DNA of 63,961 nucleotides, filler included, from Malassezia furfur (lineage: Eukaryota): NCBI GenBank assembly GCA_052055015.1. It is 5 parts of 5 records of this genome, joined end to end, with 100 filler letters (N's around TTAATTAATTAA, not from the genome) between each part and the next. Parts side by side here need not be neighbours in the genome. Positions count along the whole stretch, not along the records: positions 55,297 to 63,961 come from JBQJIT010000451.1; 4 more parts are not named here. One strand, written 5' to 3'. The translations under genes were made by a program, and so were the position numbers. The notes under the pieces were generated by a model. The model had not been told where the DNA came from and ran no database searches. It saw nothing but the letters and a program-made list of their open reading frames with translations. This document shows, piece by piece, positions 63,409 through 63,961 of the stretch. Position 1 is the first letter of the stretch. Each line of letters begins with the position of its first letter.

Positions 63409-63961
63409 ATGTCGGCGTGGGGAGCGCACACGAGCGGGCCGTTGCAGCCCGTGCTGGAGCTGCCCGAGCGCGTGGGCGCGGTGCAGTGCAGCGCCGCGCC
63501 GCTCGCCAAGACGCTCGTGGCCGTCGGTAGGTCGTGGCGGCGCTGACGCAGCGACGGAGCACAGCGTGTTTGTGTATACGACGCACGTCGACGGCACGCG
63601 CCTCGCGCTGCACCGCGTCGCGTCGTTCCTCGTCGGCGCGCGCGCAGCAGCGCTGGCGTTCAGCCCCGGCGCACAGTATGGCCAGGAGGACGGCGTGGTC
63701 CGCATCGAGTGCGTCGCGCGTACGGCTGACACAGACTCCTCGCGGCTGTGGGGGACGAGCTGCGCCTGCTCACGGCGACGCACGACACCGCGTCGAGCGC
63801 CGTGCTCGGCACGGCCGGCGCGCGCATCGGCGACCTTGCGTGGTGCGCCGCGCCGGGGTACGAGCAGTACGTCGCGGTGGGCTGCGACGACCACGCCGTG
63901 CAGCTGTGGGACCTCGAGCCGGCGCACGGCGGGCGCGCGGCCGCCGCGCGCGTGCTGCGTG
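63409..63961 (+). CDS. WD40-repeat protein (possibly Nup37-like), 3' truncated; introns 63527-63551 (25), 63709-63734 (26)
   Basis: The spliced frame stays open and gives IGDLAW..YVAVGCDDHAVQLWDL; both introns have GT donors, CTGAC branch points and CAG acceptors. Confidence 0.6.

Overview
High-GC, very gene-dense basidiomycetous yeast DNA, most consistent with Malassezia (tiny GT-AG introns, intergenic gaps often under 100 bp, basidiomycete-type 5S rRNA). The window is not contiguous. It is five contigs (1-13746, 13847-27581, 27682-41406, 41507-55196, 55297-63961) joined by artificial N44-TTAATTAATTAA-N44 spacers, so linkage across spacers is meaningless. About 27 protein-coding loci and one 5S rRNA gene can be reconstructed. 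The most notable signals are: (1) a ~390-bp, ~16% GC island between convergent DSS1 and DDI1 genes with oriented TGTTT/ATCATGTTT motifs, a strong candidate centromere core; (2) 27 inferred introns, 25 of them 21-32 nt, including stop-free in-frame micro-introns in the splicing factor PRP9; (3) recurrent CACGTG E-boxes in the tiny promoters; (4) a PKA catalytic subunit broken by TGG>TAG plus a 1-nt frameshift; (5) a bacterial-looking GFA gene in a nutrient-uptake block next to a probable rDNA array edge; (6) a giant DUF3712/LEA-2 repeat protein. All assignments come from reading motifs by eye; no database searches were run.
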